A DNA stretch of 56,502 nucleotides, filler included, from Catajapyx aquilonaris (Eukaryota), in NCBI GenBank assembly GCA_000934665.2. It is 3 parts of 3 records of this genome, joined end to end, with 100 filler letters (N's around TTAATTAATTAA, not from the genome) between each part and the next. Parts side by side here need not be neighbours in the genome. Positions count along the whole stretch, not along the records: positions 1 to 18,882 come from KZ539567.1; positions 18,983 to 37,697 come from JYFJ02006628.1; 1 more part is not named here. One strand, 5' to 3'. The position numbers and the translations under genes are program-made. Of the stretch, positions 11,596-23,500 are shown one piece after another; positions within the stretch are counted from its first letter, which is position 1; the number at the start of each line of letters is the position of its first letter. Under the pieces are notes generated by a model. It saw nothing but the letters and a program-made list of their open reading frames with translations, was not told where the DNA came from and did no database searches.

Positions 11596-12150
11596 CATTT
11601 GACTCCGGATATAACAGCCTCGGTTATAACAGACTTTCAGGTCCGTTATAACGAACTTTCGGTTGTAACGGGTTTTCAGTTATAACGGACTTTCAGGTAT
11701 AATGGCTTTTCAGTTATAACGAACTTTCAGGTATAATGGCTTTTCAGTTATAACGAACTTTCGCTTGTAACGGTTTTTAAGTTATAACGGACTTTCAAGT
11801 ATAACAGCTTTTCAGTTATAACGAACTTTCAGGTATAACGGTTTTTCGGTTATAACGAACTTACGGTTGTAACGGACTTTCAGTTATAACTGAAAATGCC
11901 GGTTCCACCATACTTCCATAAGGTCCTATGTATTTTTACTCCTGATATAACAGACTCATTTTCATCTCATCTCAGCTGCCTTTCGAGGGGAAATATCCCG
12001 TAGCCTACTTGATTAATCAATTTCCATTTCCACGCGCAGGAAGGCTGGGGGATGGGTGATTTTCGCATCTGTCACTGATCTAAGTTCCTCAACAGCTTAA
12101 TTTTCTAGTATATTTAGCTACAAGGAGAAGGCAGAAGTTAATTACGATTT
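11596..12150. mobile_element. Family A MITE, inverted partial copy with internal 17-bp tandem expansion
   Basis: Starts ta|catttgactccggatataac. Unit gttataacgaactttca repeats about 15 times (11628-11890). Downstream sequence matches the reverse complement of 1040-1160 and 1410-1600. Confidence 0.7.
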
Positions 12151-12932
12151 GGGGGGAGGGGGCTGACCAATTTACGAATGCGCTAATTTGGCATAGTTTT
12201 CGAGATAGTTTCATTAATAAATGCAGTAGTGTAAGTGGACCAAATAAATTAGTGTCATCATTATATTGACTACATATTGTTGTCAATAAACTTGACCTAC
12301 ATTACTCGATAATAATCTTACCACGAAACAATTCAATAAGAACACAATGGTCAGTTTGAGTCAGGAAAACAATGCATGATTATTGCATCGCATGTCTGTG
12401 TTCACTCTTTGGAAAAGTCCAAGGAATCCTTATCTTTCCAGGCGACTTACGATGAAAGGTTTTTTCCCCTCCTTCCCCTTTTCTTCAGGGGGGAAATGCT
12501 AGAGATGCATTATTGTGAGTGACACTAGGAGAATCAATCGTTAGATGCCTTTTCTAGAACCAGGGGGAAAAGAATCGGTTCGGTTGTCTAGCTAGCCTAC
12601 CACATTGACAAGGAGTTGGCCACAAGCAGTTACAGGCGGGTAGCAGTTAACTGCACCATTGATTGATATGTTTGTGATCAACAACTAGTTATAATGGTAA
12701 GGTTGCATGACCAACAGAAAATATTCCAGATGAAAAAGACCCTGAAAAGTTATGCATTGTTGAATGGACAACGTTAGTCTTAGTAACGCTAACTTAAAGT
12801 CGTACTACTAGCAGTTATAAAAGTTTCACTTATTTATTATTAAAAAGTTTTATTGACAGTTACTAAAGTATTTCTAAAAGTAGTCTTACTGGCACTAATA
12901 ATTAAAGTCTTACTAAGCTCACTTACTAGCAC

Positions 12933-13176
12933 CAGGGTCCCCTACATGGTTGCCTCCCCCACCCTAACCAAGGGTATTGTCTTCACGTAGTCCTTATGCA
13001 ATCTAGCTCCAATATGGCCGCCCCATGCTGCAGGATAGGGAATTGGCAAGCGATTCGTTTTTGTTTTTTTCAATTGTTTTTTTTCACTGCATGTAGCTCC
13101 TATCTGATTTAGCTCCAATATGGCGGAGAGACAATACCCTGTCTAGGTGGGGGAGGCACTCATGTAGGTGACCCTG
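12933..13176. mobile_element. MITE with 8-bp TSD (hAT or P superfamily)
   Basis: About 50-bp TIRs cagggtcccctacatg..gcctcccccacc / ggtgggggaggc..catgtaggtgaccctg; perfect TSD actagcac at 12925-12932 and 13177-13184. Confidence 0.85.
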
Positions 13177-13603
13177 ACTAGCACTAATCAAAGTTTTAGT
13201 AAATTTTTATTAACACTAATCTTACCAAAGTCCTACTAGCATTTACTAAAGCCTTACTAACAGATACCAATTGATAATAATCCTTTATCTGAAATTCCGA
13301 AATCCGAAAGTTTTTTGAGTGCTCATTAACTACTCATTAAATAGAAAATTCCATGTTATTGTGACATTATTAACATCATTACCTGCATCTGAAAGTATAA
13401 AAATTTATTTAAAATTAATATGATACTTAAATGGTTTATGTAAGGTATAACATCTTTTAAGAAATGTAAATGGATATTGGTGAAGGCATTTATCCCATCC
13501 CAAATCTAAAATCTTACTATCACTTACTAAAATCTTACTAAAGACTTACTAAAATCTTACTAGGACTTACTAAAATCTTACTAGCACTTACTAAAGTCCC
13601 AAT

Positions 13604-13830
13604 GTGGGTTCGAACCCGGCCAAGGTCGGTGACTTTTCTCCTGGTGGTGGAAATCGTGAGAGTGCGCCTTCCTTCGGAGGGGACGTAAAGCCGTCGGTCC
13701 CGTGTGCTTGTGACATTGCGCGAGTGCACGTTAAAGATCTCCGAGTGGCCAAATTTTCAGAAGGCGGACCACCCCCTGGCGTCGGTGTTGAGCCTTTAGA
13801 GGCAGAAATAGGCCGACGTTAAGCCCCACT
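13604..13830 (+). mobile_element. 5'-truncated tRNA-derived SINE with Nin/Deu-domain-like core
   Basis: B-box gggttcgaaccc, then ccttcggaggggacgtaaagccgtcggtcccg...gcacgttaaagatc...gacgttaagccccac, resembling the Nin-domain SINE core as recalled (e.g. tick SINEs). Confidence 0.7.
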
Positions 13831-13979
13831 GATCAGCACTTACTAAAGTGTAACTAAGGGCTGGTTTCACCATATGATAAAACCACGGTTAATTCGGAAA
13901 ATTCCTATTAATTTTCCGCTCTGTTACCGCTTCTGGTCAAACTGGTCCTACTAGTAAGGACTTTAGCACTTATTAAAGT

Positions 13980-14242
13980 TAGGGATGCGATATCCGAAAT
14001 TGCATATCGACTTTCGATACTCAAAAAATATCGCATCGAATTCGATATATCGAAAATCGAAAAACCGACCGCATCGCAAAATATCGCACATCGCAAAATA
14101 TCGCAAACCGACATCGCAAAATATCGAAAACCGAAATCGCGATATTCGATACATCGCACATGCCAAGCGTCGGATATCGCAACTTCGATATTAGGAAAAT
14201 ATCGCATCGACACTCGATGTATCGAAATATCGCACAGCCCTA
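13980..14242. mobile_element. hAT-type MITE, CpG-rich with internal atcg repeats
   Basis: TIRs tagggatgcgatat / atatcgcacagcccta; perfect 8-bp TSD attaaagt at 13972-13979 and 14243-14250. Confidence 0.88.
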
Positions 14243-15399
14243 ATTAAAGTCTTATTACTAACACTTCCTAGCACTAAAGCGTGCAAAGAATATTTTATAT
14301 TTATTTTTCATCCGACATTTTCCTGGAGACTGTACAACCAGATAATTACTGTTGTGCAGATAAAACTGGTTGAGCCTGTTAACCAGTTTGTTTTTATACC
14401 TCCCTTTTGATCATTCCATTTAGAATTCCAAACAGAGGCTGAAATGGCATGGAAAACGTTCTCTATTACCAGTCACCCATCCATGTTTAACAACAATATC
14501 CGAATCGACCATGCCTTTCGAATTGTTCAAAATCCACAAAGAAAGACTGGAATCCAAAATTTTCAAACCCAGTTTTTTGTACTGTACGAAACTGAAAAGC
14601 AAAGAGCAAACAGCAATTTTTATTCACCGAGTAATGCTTTATTTAAATGACTAGTCGCTACGAGCTAGCTATGAGCGAGTATTTTTTTTTCACAAAAAAA
14701 AATTTGCAAGCACGTACTAGTCGAGGCCTAATTGCACCGCCATTTTTTCCCAGGGTTAATTATTTTTACACGCTGACCTGGGGTACGTTTGTTTCGCATT
14801 GCGCCTGGAATAATCGGGGGCCTCACGTCCTTTTTTAGACTAGAGGGTTTGGTGGTGTGGGGGTCATATGGTTCGCATCATTTCAAACGATCTGGGGGGC
14901 CCTCCGGAAGTTCCATCATAGCCATGCTTTCATAAAAACGGGTTTTTTTTGTTCAGGACTGTTCCTATGACTAAAATTCAGGCTTCCAACCAGCCATGGC
15001 CATTGTAAGTCATTATGCAGCCGCGTTCTCCCAGAACAATCTGGTGTTGGCAAATTTGATTTGTCTTCTAGTTGGCGTTGATTGACGCCACGAATGTTTC
15101 TTTCAGAAAAGAACTTTTATGGTAATTTTTTTGGTGCTATTTTGTGGAAGAAAAGGAGTCGTTTCTAATTAATTTGAATGTCGAGAGAACGACAATATGG
15201 CACGATTTAACAGTTTTCGGTGTTGGATGGAGAGTAGGAGTTGATGTGAGTGGTTGGGAAGAGAGTAGTTAAATATAGAGTGAGCAGGACAGTTATGTAG
15301 ATGTCACCAAAAATGTTTTCGGCAAAATTTTGCAACATGATCATTGGCATATGACATACGGTATTATTCCGATCAATATAGCGCATATAAAACCTTTAC

Positions 15400-16010
15400 C
15401 TTTCTTTCAATTTCAATTTAATTTTAATTTTAATTCCTTTAATTTCAATATAATTTTTTCTATTTAAATCCTTTTCACTTTAATTCATCTAATTTTCATT
15501 TTCATTTTCGTTTTTCTATTTAAATTTATTTAATTTTAATTCGTGTAATTTTAATTGTTATCTATTTAGTCTATTTAATATTAATTCATGTAATTTTAAT
15601 TTTTATCTATTTAGTCTATTTAATATTAATTCGTGCAATTTTTAATTTTTATCTATTTAGTCTATTTCCTTTTAATTCGTGTAATTTTAATTTTTGTCTG
15701 TTTAGTCTATTTAATTTTAATTCGTGTAATTTTAATTTAATTTAATTCATGTTTTTATTTTAAATCAACATTTCTATTTAATTTCTATTTCTATTTAATT
15801 CTTTAAATTTCTATGTAAATTGAATTCTTTAAATTTCTATGTAAATTGAATTCTTTAAATTTCTATTTAAATTTCTATTTCATTTAATTATTGTTTTTAT
15901 TTTTTAAGTCAACATCTCTATTAATTGCTATTAAATTTAATTCATGCTTTTATTTTATTATATCAACATTTCTATTTAATTTTAATTTCATTTAATTTCT
16001 GATATTATTT
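15400..16010. repeat. AT-rich tandem arrays (45-bp unit core)
   Basis: tctatttagtctatttaat..taattcgtgtaattttaa recurs at 15561, 15606... Confidence 0.85.
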
Positions 16011-16628
16011 CAATTATTGCCCTAAAATATTTTTGCCCAACAATCTACAAATAAATTCGAATCTTCCTAAATTTTACAAATATATTAACATTGGAAAATT
16101 TCAAGATTTTTGACATTATAGTAGTTGATCGATACTAACATTTATTAGCTCGATCCCACCGCGTAGATTGATTGGTTTCCTCAGTGTTAAATAAATTATG
16201 CATATCGTGGTTTTCCAGGAGGGGAGTTGTGATAATAATCGAGTGATCAATATTGTTGTAGCGAAATAAACACTCAGGAACTAATATGACCCGGATAAAT
16301 TGACATAATTAGTGCGCTTGTTTTATTGGATTAGGCGTTCGTAATTAATTACAATGCAGCTTCAAATATGTGACAAATATGCACTCACACACATCTGATC
16401 GGCTGGAATATTTATTGGGGCCGCTTCCATTTGTTAATATTTAGCTGGGATCGAGTAAATTTAACAGTAATGAGTTGTTTTTGGTTCATTTTGACATTTT
16501 ATCAGTACTGGTGTAATAAAATTAATTAATTAAATTAATTTGGAATTTTCCGCAAATTTGCTGGATTTATTGTATAAGTAACATTAATAATTTTTGGAAT
16601 TCTATGATGAGTGATTGATTTTTAAATA

Positions 16629-17003
16629 CACTGTACTCCCGATTTTCCGGGTGCGGATTATCCGTGCAAGTCTAAAACAAATAAAAGTCCGAAAAAATAT
16701 CGCAAAATTATACAAACTAAAAATCTACGAAATTATTTATAATTGTGATTAAGTCTCATTTAAAGCATAATACAGTACCGTATGTTCAGTTCATTTAAAA
16801 CCTGTGAATATCTCATTTTATGGTATCTAGGATCAATTCCGATTATCCGTGTTTTTCCGATTATCCGGATAATCGGGAGTACAGTGCATTATAGAGAGAG
16901 TCGTATACATATCTGTTTGCGATAAAAATTAACAATTTTTCGGACGTTTATTTATTTGAGCCATGCACGGATAATCCGCACTCGGATAATCGGGAGTACA
17001 GTG
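16629..17003. mobile_element. Tc1/mariner-superfamily MITE
   Basis: 40-bp TIRs cactgtactcccgatt..ccg.gtgcggattatccgtgca (2 mismatches), with TA at 16627-16628 and 17004-17005. Confidence 0.88.
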
Positions 17004-17154
17004 TAGCTCTATTGTGTAAGTTTATATTATTTTTGGAATACTACATGATGAGTGATTGATTATTAAATAAAACTACTATAGATTTTACTGCTAATTCAGT
17101 GTGACCTATTTTAATGTGTCTCTATTTGACATACTCTACATCACGGCATTTATC

Positions 17155-17495
17155 TGTGGGTGAATATGACATGTTCAGTTGTGACGACGTTGCCGGCGGA
17201 GATAGTTCGGTAGTGCCTCTTGGATATAGCTTGGGAAATAGTGTCTCAACATGTAGGTCTGTACTATCCATTATTATTGTTAGAAGTACATTAGTTATGC
17301 TACCATGACCATTTCACATTGGAAATAGTGTGGGTGAATATGACATATGTTCAGTTGTGATAACGTTGCACGACGTTGCAGGACGAGATAGTTCTGTAGT
17401 ATATATATGCTTCTTGGAAATAGTGTGTCAACATGTAGGTTATTACTATTCATTATTATTGTTACACACACATTAGTTATGCTACTATGACAATT
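17155..17495. repeat. Direct tandem duplication of about 175 bp
   Basis: tgtgggtgaatatgacat..gttcagttgtga...cattagttatgctac occurs at about 17155 and again at about 17329. Confidence 0.8.
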
Positions 17496-18637
17496 TTACG
17501 CAAATTTTATGCATTATTCTACCACATTTTTGGTGCACCGCCTAGCGACATTTTACCTCAACTACCCCATTGTTTGCATACCATTGATCTGGACCATTTA
17601 ATATCAAACAAGATCCTAGATGACCTTTAATGTTTAGTGGGCATGAATTTTGTGGCCATTCCCCATTACTCCTCTGTACCTATGCTCCCTATGCAAAGCT
17701 ACCCCCAAAAATTTACGAGTTTGGCCAGAGATGATTTATACCTACTCCCTTTGGCCGCCATGATTTATCCTCCTGTAGCCTGTCCGGGTGAATAGGTTGG
17801 ACATTGCCACCCAGGCGAGGGGCATACATCTCGCTCAAGGGCAACAACCGTGCCATATCCCCCACTAGAAAACTTTGTTCATACATCATACACTAATCTA
17901 TCTAATCTTTTTGAAATGTTTTAATTATAGAGAAAACTAGACTAGTCTAGCCCTCTATAGGAGGGTCCAAAATCAGATCAATTTGATTGTCGAAAGGAGT
18001 GTCCAGCTTAGGCTCTTGGTAGCTTAATCTGTGGGGATCGGTCCGGCTTTTCCAGGCGATGGAGCGTGCCTAGCAACTTGATATATGGGACGATAGTGCT
18101 AGCTTGCTCTTTTTTTCTCTCTCTCTCTAAAGTCTTTTCCTATCGTCCTAGCTCTTCTCACTGTTCTTTGGTTCCAAACTTTGTAATTTGGATGCCTTCC
18201 ACGGAACAATAGAACTATGTGATTCTATTCTAAAGCTCTGCACGTCTATAACTGAAAAAACTACATATACAGTATATAATTTTAGCATTTAGGAAAGGAT
18301 GGAAAAGATTTCGCTCATCCCTGCGCCTTCCGGACTTTTCGCCCCCGCCATATTGACCCCTGTGACAATTTCGCCCCCGTTACAATTTTTGCCGTGGTAG
18401 GCAAAGCCACAATAACGTTCGTTGGCCTGCGGCGCCACAAGACGGACAGTATTACGGATACAGAAACCCACAATAAGCAATTTAATAATAGCAATAATTT
18501 GTTAATAATTTATTTGAAATTTTAATTTTTGTCAAAGTTCCACACAGCTGAAAAAACGTTGATTTGCGATCCAGTTGAAGATTGCAATAGCTACTTTATA
18601 GCTGTTAAAAGTCTAGAGAGTGGAAATAACATTACTG

Positions 18638-18870
18638 GCTACATACATTTATTATAACTTGTACAGATATTAGCTACATACATTTATTACAACATGTACA
18701 GATATTCGCTACATACATTTATTACAACTTGTACAGATATTAGCTACATACATTTATTACAACTTGTACAGATATTAGCTACATGCATTTATTAGAACTT
18801 GTACAGATATTAGCTACATTATATTATTAGCTACAGTAATAGCTGTAGTAATAGCTATACATTTTATTAG
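18638..18870. repeat. 35-bp minisatellite running toward the scaffold end
   Basis: Unit ctacatacatttattacaacttgtacagatattag at 18639, 18674..., about 5 copies. Confidence 0.92.
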
Positions 18871-18882
18871 GCGTTGCACAGG

Positions 18883-18982
18883 NNNNNNNNNNNNNNNNNN
18901 NNNNNNNNNNNNNNNNNNNNNNNNNNTTAATTAATTAANNNNNNNNNNNNNNNNNNNNNNNNNNNNNNNNNNNNNNNNNNNN
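18883..18982. other. Artificial scaffold-joining spacer
   Basis: 44 N + TTAATTAATTAA (18927-18938, stops in all six frames) + 44 N = 100 nt; identical to 37698-37797. Confidence 0.95.
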
Positions 18983-20585
18983 CAACAACACTGCACTGTG
19001 GTTGATAAAAAGGGGCCGTAAAGGCTAAATAATAAATTGGTTTGTGCATTGGGAAATGTCATGCTGACGTGAACAAGTATAGACATGTCACTCTGTCTTT
19101 TCAATTTCATCTGAGGCTATCTGGAGATTATATAATGCAAGTGTGACGGGGAAGCAGGAGGAGATAGGAAGTGGCCTACTTTTACGACTATCTTTCGCGG
19201 ATAAGAAATTGCAATGAATATACGCTATTAGTGAGGATATTAATTTTTAAATATTACCTACTAATGAGTGTGCGATGCTTTATTAGTTGGCATCTTCGTA
19301 AGCTCCAAATAAAATTTCTAAAAACCGTCATTAATTAGATGAATTAAATGTGACATTAAATATACCATGGTGAGCTTGTAATGAGCCGGTAATTATAATT
19401 TGTCACCTGGTTGCTAGACCACATGAATGTAACATGACATTATAGAGTTGTATCCTCAGGAAGGATGCTAAGACAGCGATTGAAGAAGGAAGGAAGTAGA
19501 ACTGCCACCAGTTCTATTTTAGTCAGCTGTCCCCAATACCTTGTATCTCCTGCCCTTCAAGTGCTTCCTCGTCTTCAGGGTTTGGGATGTTGTGCAGCGA
19601 ATTCACGTTCAAGAGACATTTGCTTAATTATTAGAATAAGAGCAAAACATTCCCTTCTGTGAAAAAAAGGGTAGTAAGACCTCCGTGGTGGAATGAAAGT
19701 ACTGAAACAAGGCAGGCGCACGTAAGACCTTCACCAATTGATTTAAACTGTATCATATAGGTCTTACTCAAGCAATTTTCAATTTACTACTCATGAAATC
19801 TCCTTTCTGAAAACAATTTGTGGAATTGTCATCGTCCTACTAGTTACTTCTAACTTAGCAGTAGGTAGTGCAATGGTACTGCTAAGGTAGCAGTAACTAT
19901 AGTTAATACTAGTACGACGAAAATTCCATCCATTAATTTTCCATGAGCCACTCCATATAAGTGTTTTATGAAATTAGCAACTTCAATATTAAGATCAATG
20001 AATTTCTATACGATTGGTGCGACTTATTGCCATGAAACATTCATGCAGAATCGTCACATCTTTTAGATGCTGACTTTAACTCCAATGTTTAATTTCTCAC
20101 ACGTGAACGTAAATTGGTGAAACTTCGCAGGTCTTTTTCGATTGGATTCTACATTTCCTGGAGTGAAAATTTCCAAGTCTGTGAGGATGGGTTTAGTTTT
20201 TTTCCCTTTTTTCTTTTCAAAATAAAACCCTGCCTACTGCTCTGAGTAGTTTGCAGCAGTAATTTTTACGAGCCGTTCCATGCAGTACTTGTGAGAATTG
20301 CTTGATCTGTGTTCAAAATTTGGAAGCTCTACCTACAACAGAACTTGAGTTAGGGCGAATATTTTAAAAAATGTAACAACAACAATAAGTTGGAAAAATT
20401 CATGGTTGAAAAGCTATTCTACCGTCTTACCAAAGGGTCTTACTTAGGGGCTATCCCCCCTAAAATCATTTTTTTTTGACATTGCCAGTATGGTACCAAG
20501 AAGCTTGACTACCCATTTCCACTACCTTGTGTTACTGTATGGCACATTCGAACAAAATAGTGACTCTAGTACCTTCCTTTGCTAG

Positions 20586-23500
20586 AGATTGGACCTCTGA
20601 CTGTGACCACAAAGGAAGAGCAATTCTTGGCAAATTTGGATGACATCTATGTTCATGGAGGAGGTGACTGTCCAGAAATGTCAGTAGGAGCCATTAAATT
20701 GGCTCTGGAGAATGCACTTCCTGGATCATTTGTGTACGTTTTTACTGATGCAAGTGCCAAGGATTACTTACTTTTGAATCCCGTCCTTGACTTGATTCAA
20801 AAGAAACAGAGTCAGGTAAGGAATTATTGATGCAGCTTTTCAGCTCTCTCTTTAAAAATAACATCATAATGGAAATTATATTTTGAAGGTGGTCTTTGTA
20901 CTGACTGGAGATTGTGGAGATACTAATCACCCCGGTTACAAAGTGTATGAAATCATCGCAGCTACGAGTTCGGGGCAGGTGTTTAATCTGAAGAAAGATG
21001 ATGTTGAGAAGGTAATAATGCCCTTGAATGTGTATCCTGTCATAGATTAAAAAGCACATCACACAGTTTAACTTGGTTTCAGGTTTTGGCATTTGTTCGA
21101 GTTTCGCTCCAAGCCCGCAGAGTTAATTTATTATCAGTGACAAGGCAGAACAATGGATCTTCTGACAGATTGGACCTGGTGGTTGACGAGACCCTAAGTG
21201 AATTTACTGTCTCCGTTTCTGGAGATAAGCCCAAAGTTGATGTGTACAATCCTCAAGGAAACATTGTAGATGAAAAGGACGGGCTTAAGGAATTGCTAGA
21301 CCTGGAACATGTCAAGATAGTAAATGTGAAGGACCCTGATCCTGGCAAATGGCAAGTGGAACTGGAGAGTGATTCTGTGCATTCTGTACGAGCCACTGGA
21401 TTGAGTCACCTGGACTTTGTGTACGGATTTTCTGTCAAGGACACTAATGACATGAGCGAAACTCGTCACCGACCATTGAAAGGCAAGACTTGGAACAGTC
21501 TCTAATGTTGACTATTAAGTCTGTTACTTATTTTTTAAAATATTATCCCAGGTCTTTCCAATACAATCCTGATAAATGCCACCAAGCCTGAAGATGTGGA
21601 TCACTTGATTAAGGTTGAAGTGATTGATCTAAATGGCGGCACAATAGCAAGTGTGCCATTGTCACATGTCGATGGATTAGTTGGAGTTTACAAAGGAGAA
21701 TTTCCTGATCTTTCTGACAATTACTTTTACTTGCAAGTAAGTGGTACCTTCCCAAGTGCCTCCAAGGAAGCATTAAAGTGTATTGCATTTCCACATTTAA
21801 ATGCAGGTCCATGGTGTCGATAAAAATGGTCACCCACTACGTCGAATTACAGCTACTGCTGTCAGTCCTGCACTACCAGGTTTGTCACTGACTCACTGGG
21901 TATTGATATTGCAGGTCTTTTTGTACTTAAATAGTAGGCCTACTTTACTTACAATGTAATTGATATAAAATTAAATTTCAGATAGCCCTGTGGTAACAAG
22001 TGAGGCACAAGTGAGAAGGTTTGTTGGCGATGCTGCAGATATCATGTGTAACATTTTGTCAGATGTCCCTTACACTGCATCTTGGTGGAAGGATGATGTT
22101 CCTGTAGGTGAGAGGGGACAGTTCAGGTTAGCACAGTTGTACAAAATTATGTTGTTAAATGCACGTAGTTGACCATTGAATAAAATAATTTAAATTTTCA
22201 GTGAGCCTGCAAGCATTTCTTTGAAAATCCCAAGTCTTGCGATGGAATCTGAAGGAAATTACGAATGCATTGCATCCAATATTGGTGGGATGGGCAGGAG
22301 CATAACATATGTCGATGTTAAAGGTTAGTGTCATATATCATTCAGGTTGCAATGGGAATACTGACAACAAATACACAAATATGATCAGGTATACCACCAA
22401 CCATTATAAGTACCAAGAAGGAGCAGCTTGTTACAAATGGTGACAATGTGGAACTTCAATGTGTTGCTCATGGAGTGCCAGTTCCTGTGATTAGCTGGAA
22501 GAAAGGAGGCCATCCCATTCAGGAAACAGCTTTGGTACAAGTTTCTGGCACTGGACACCTTCTACTCCGAGATGTGCAAGAATCAGATGCAGGAATGTAC
22601 ACTTGTGTGGCAGAAAATGAAGCAGGGAAGGCAGAAGATGATGTATTAGTAGCTGTTGGGATGCATCCTAGAATTGTCCAGGGGCCTGTAGGCAAGTGTC
22701 AGCAGTGCCTTTGAATCCCTTTTTCAAATATTGAAGTAATACTTGCATATATTTTACTTGCAGATGTGGAGATTGACATTAACAACAATTTAACCCTGCA
22801 GTGCGTTGTAATCGGATTGCCAATTCCATCTATTGAATGGACCAAACGTGGCAAGCGAGACTGGAATGGAAGTAGAATCCGGAAACTTGAAGGAGGCAAT
22901 TTATGGATTGGAAGTATGAAGGAGTAGAGCCTTATGACAGTGAAATCAAAATTTACATTGCTTAATTTTGAACATTTTCAGACATACAGCCAGAGGATGA
23001 AGGGAGCTACAGCTGTACTGTTGAAAATAATTTTGGTAGAGAGCAGTCTGAAGCATATGTCCGGGTGACAGGGCTTGGTGAGACTTTTATTTTTGTTTCC
23101 TTTAATTTATTGCTGCACCGGTTTTTAAGGTTGGGATGTGTGATTCTAGTTGAACCAGTTCTGGAGGAAATTGATCCAAAGTTGTACCCAAGGCAAGGTG
23201 AAACAATTCAACTGAAATGCACCATTTTGCATGGAGTTCCGCCTCCAGAGTTGACCTGGTATAAAGATGGAAAATTAATTTCTGAGACAGAAGATATGAA
23301 GCTGCTCCATGGTGGATCTTTCTTAGTGATCCGCCATTCCATGAGTAGAGATGATGGTGAATATACGTGTTTAGCGTCAAATGCTGCTGGTCATTATAAT
23401 ATTTCAGTTGGAGTTCATGTGCAAGGTGTGTATTGATTTTAATAAGGCTTGCTTTCACTATCAATTTGTTAGAGTTACACAAAGAATGTTGAGACTTCCA

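Larger units (their letters stand above)
12780..14280. repeat. Degenerate cttactagcacttactaaagt-type satellite interrupted by several insertions
   Basis: Motifs cttactaaa / cttactagcact recur throughout; best preserved at 13510-13600. Confidence 0.65.

Noticed and set aside
8461..11895. Regularly spaced repeats as a possible CRISPR array
   Set aside because: Units are head-to-tail without unique spacers, there are no cas genes, and the context is eukaryotic.
18927..18938. TTAATTAATTAA as a biological motif (piggyBac target or homeodomain site)
   Set aside because: Centred in exactly 44+44 Ns twice; a synthetic linker.
18983..20585. Search for the hemicentin first exon (signal peptide, DxTGSM MIDAS motif)
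   Set aside because: No such coding sequence was found; the region reads as intron.
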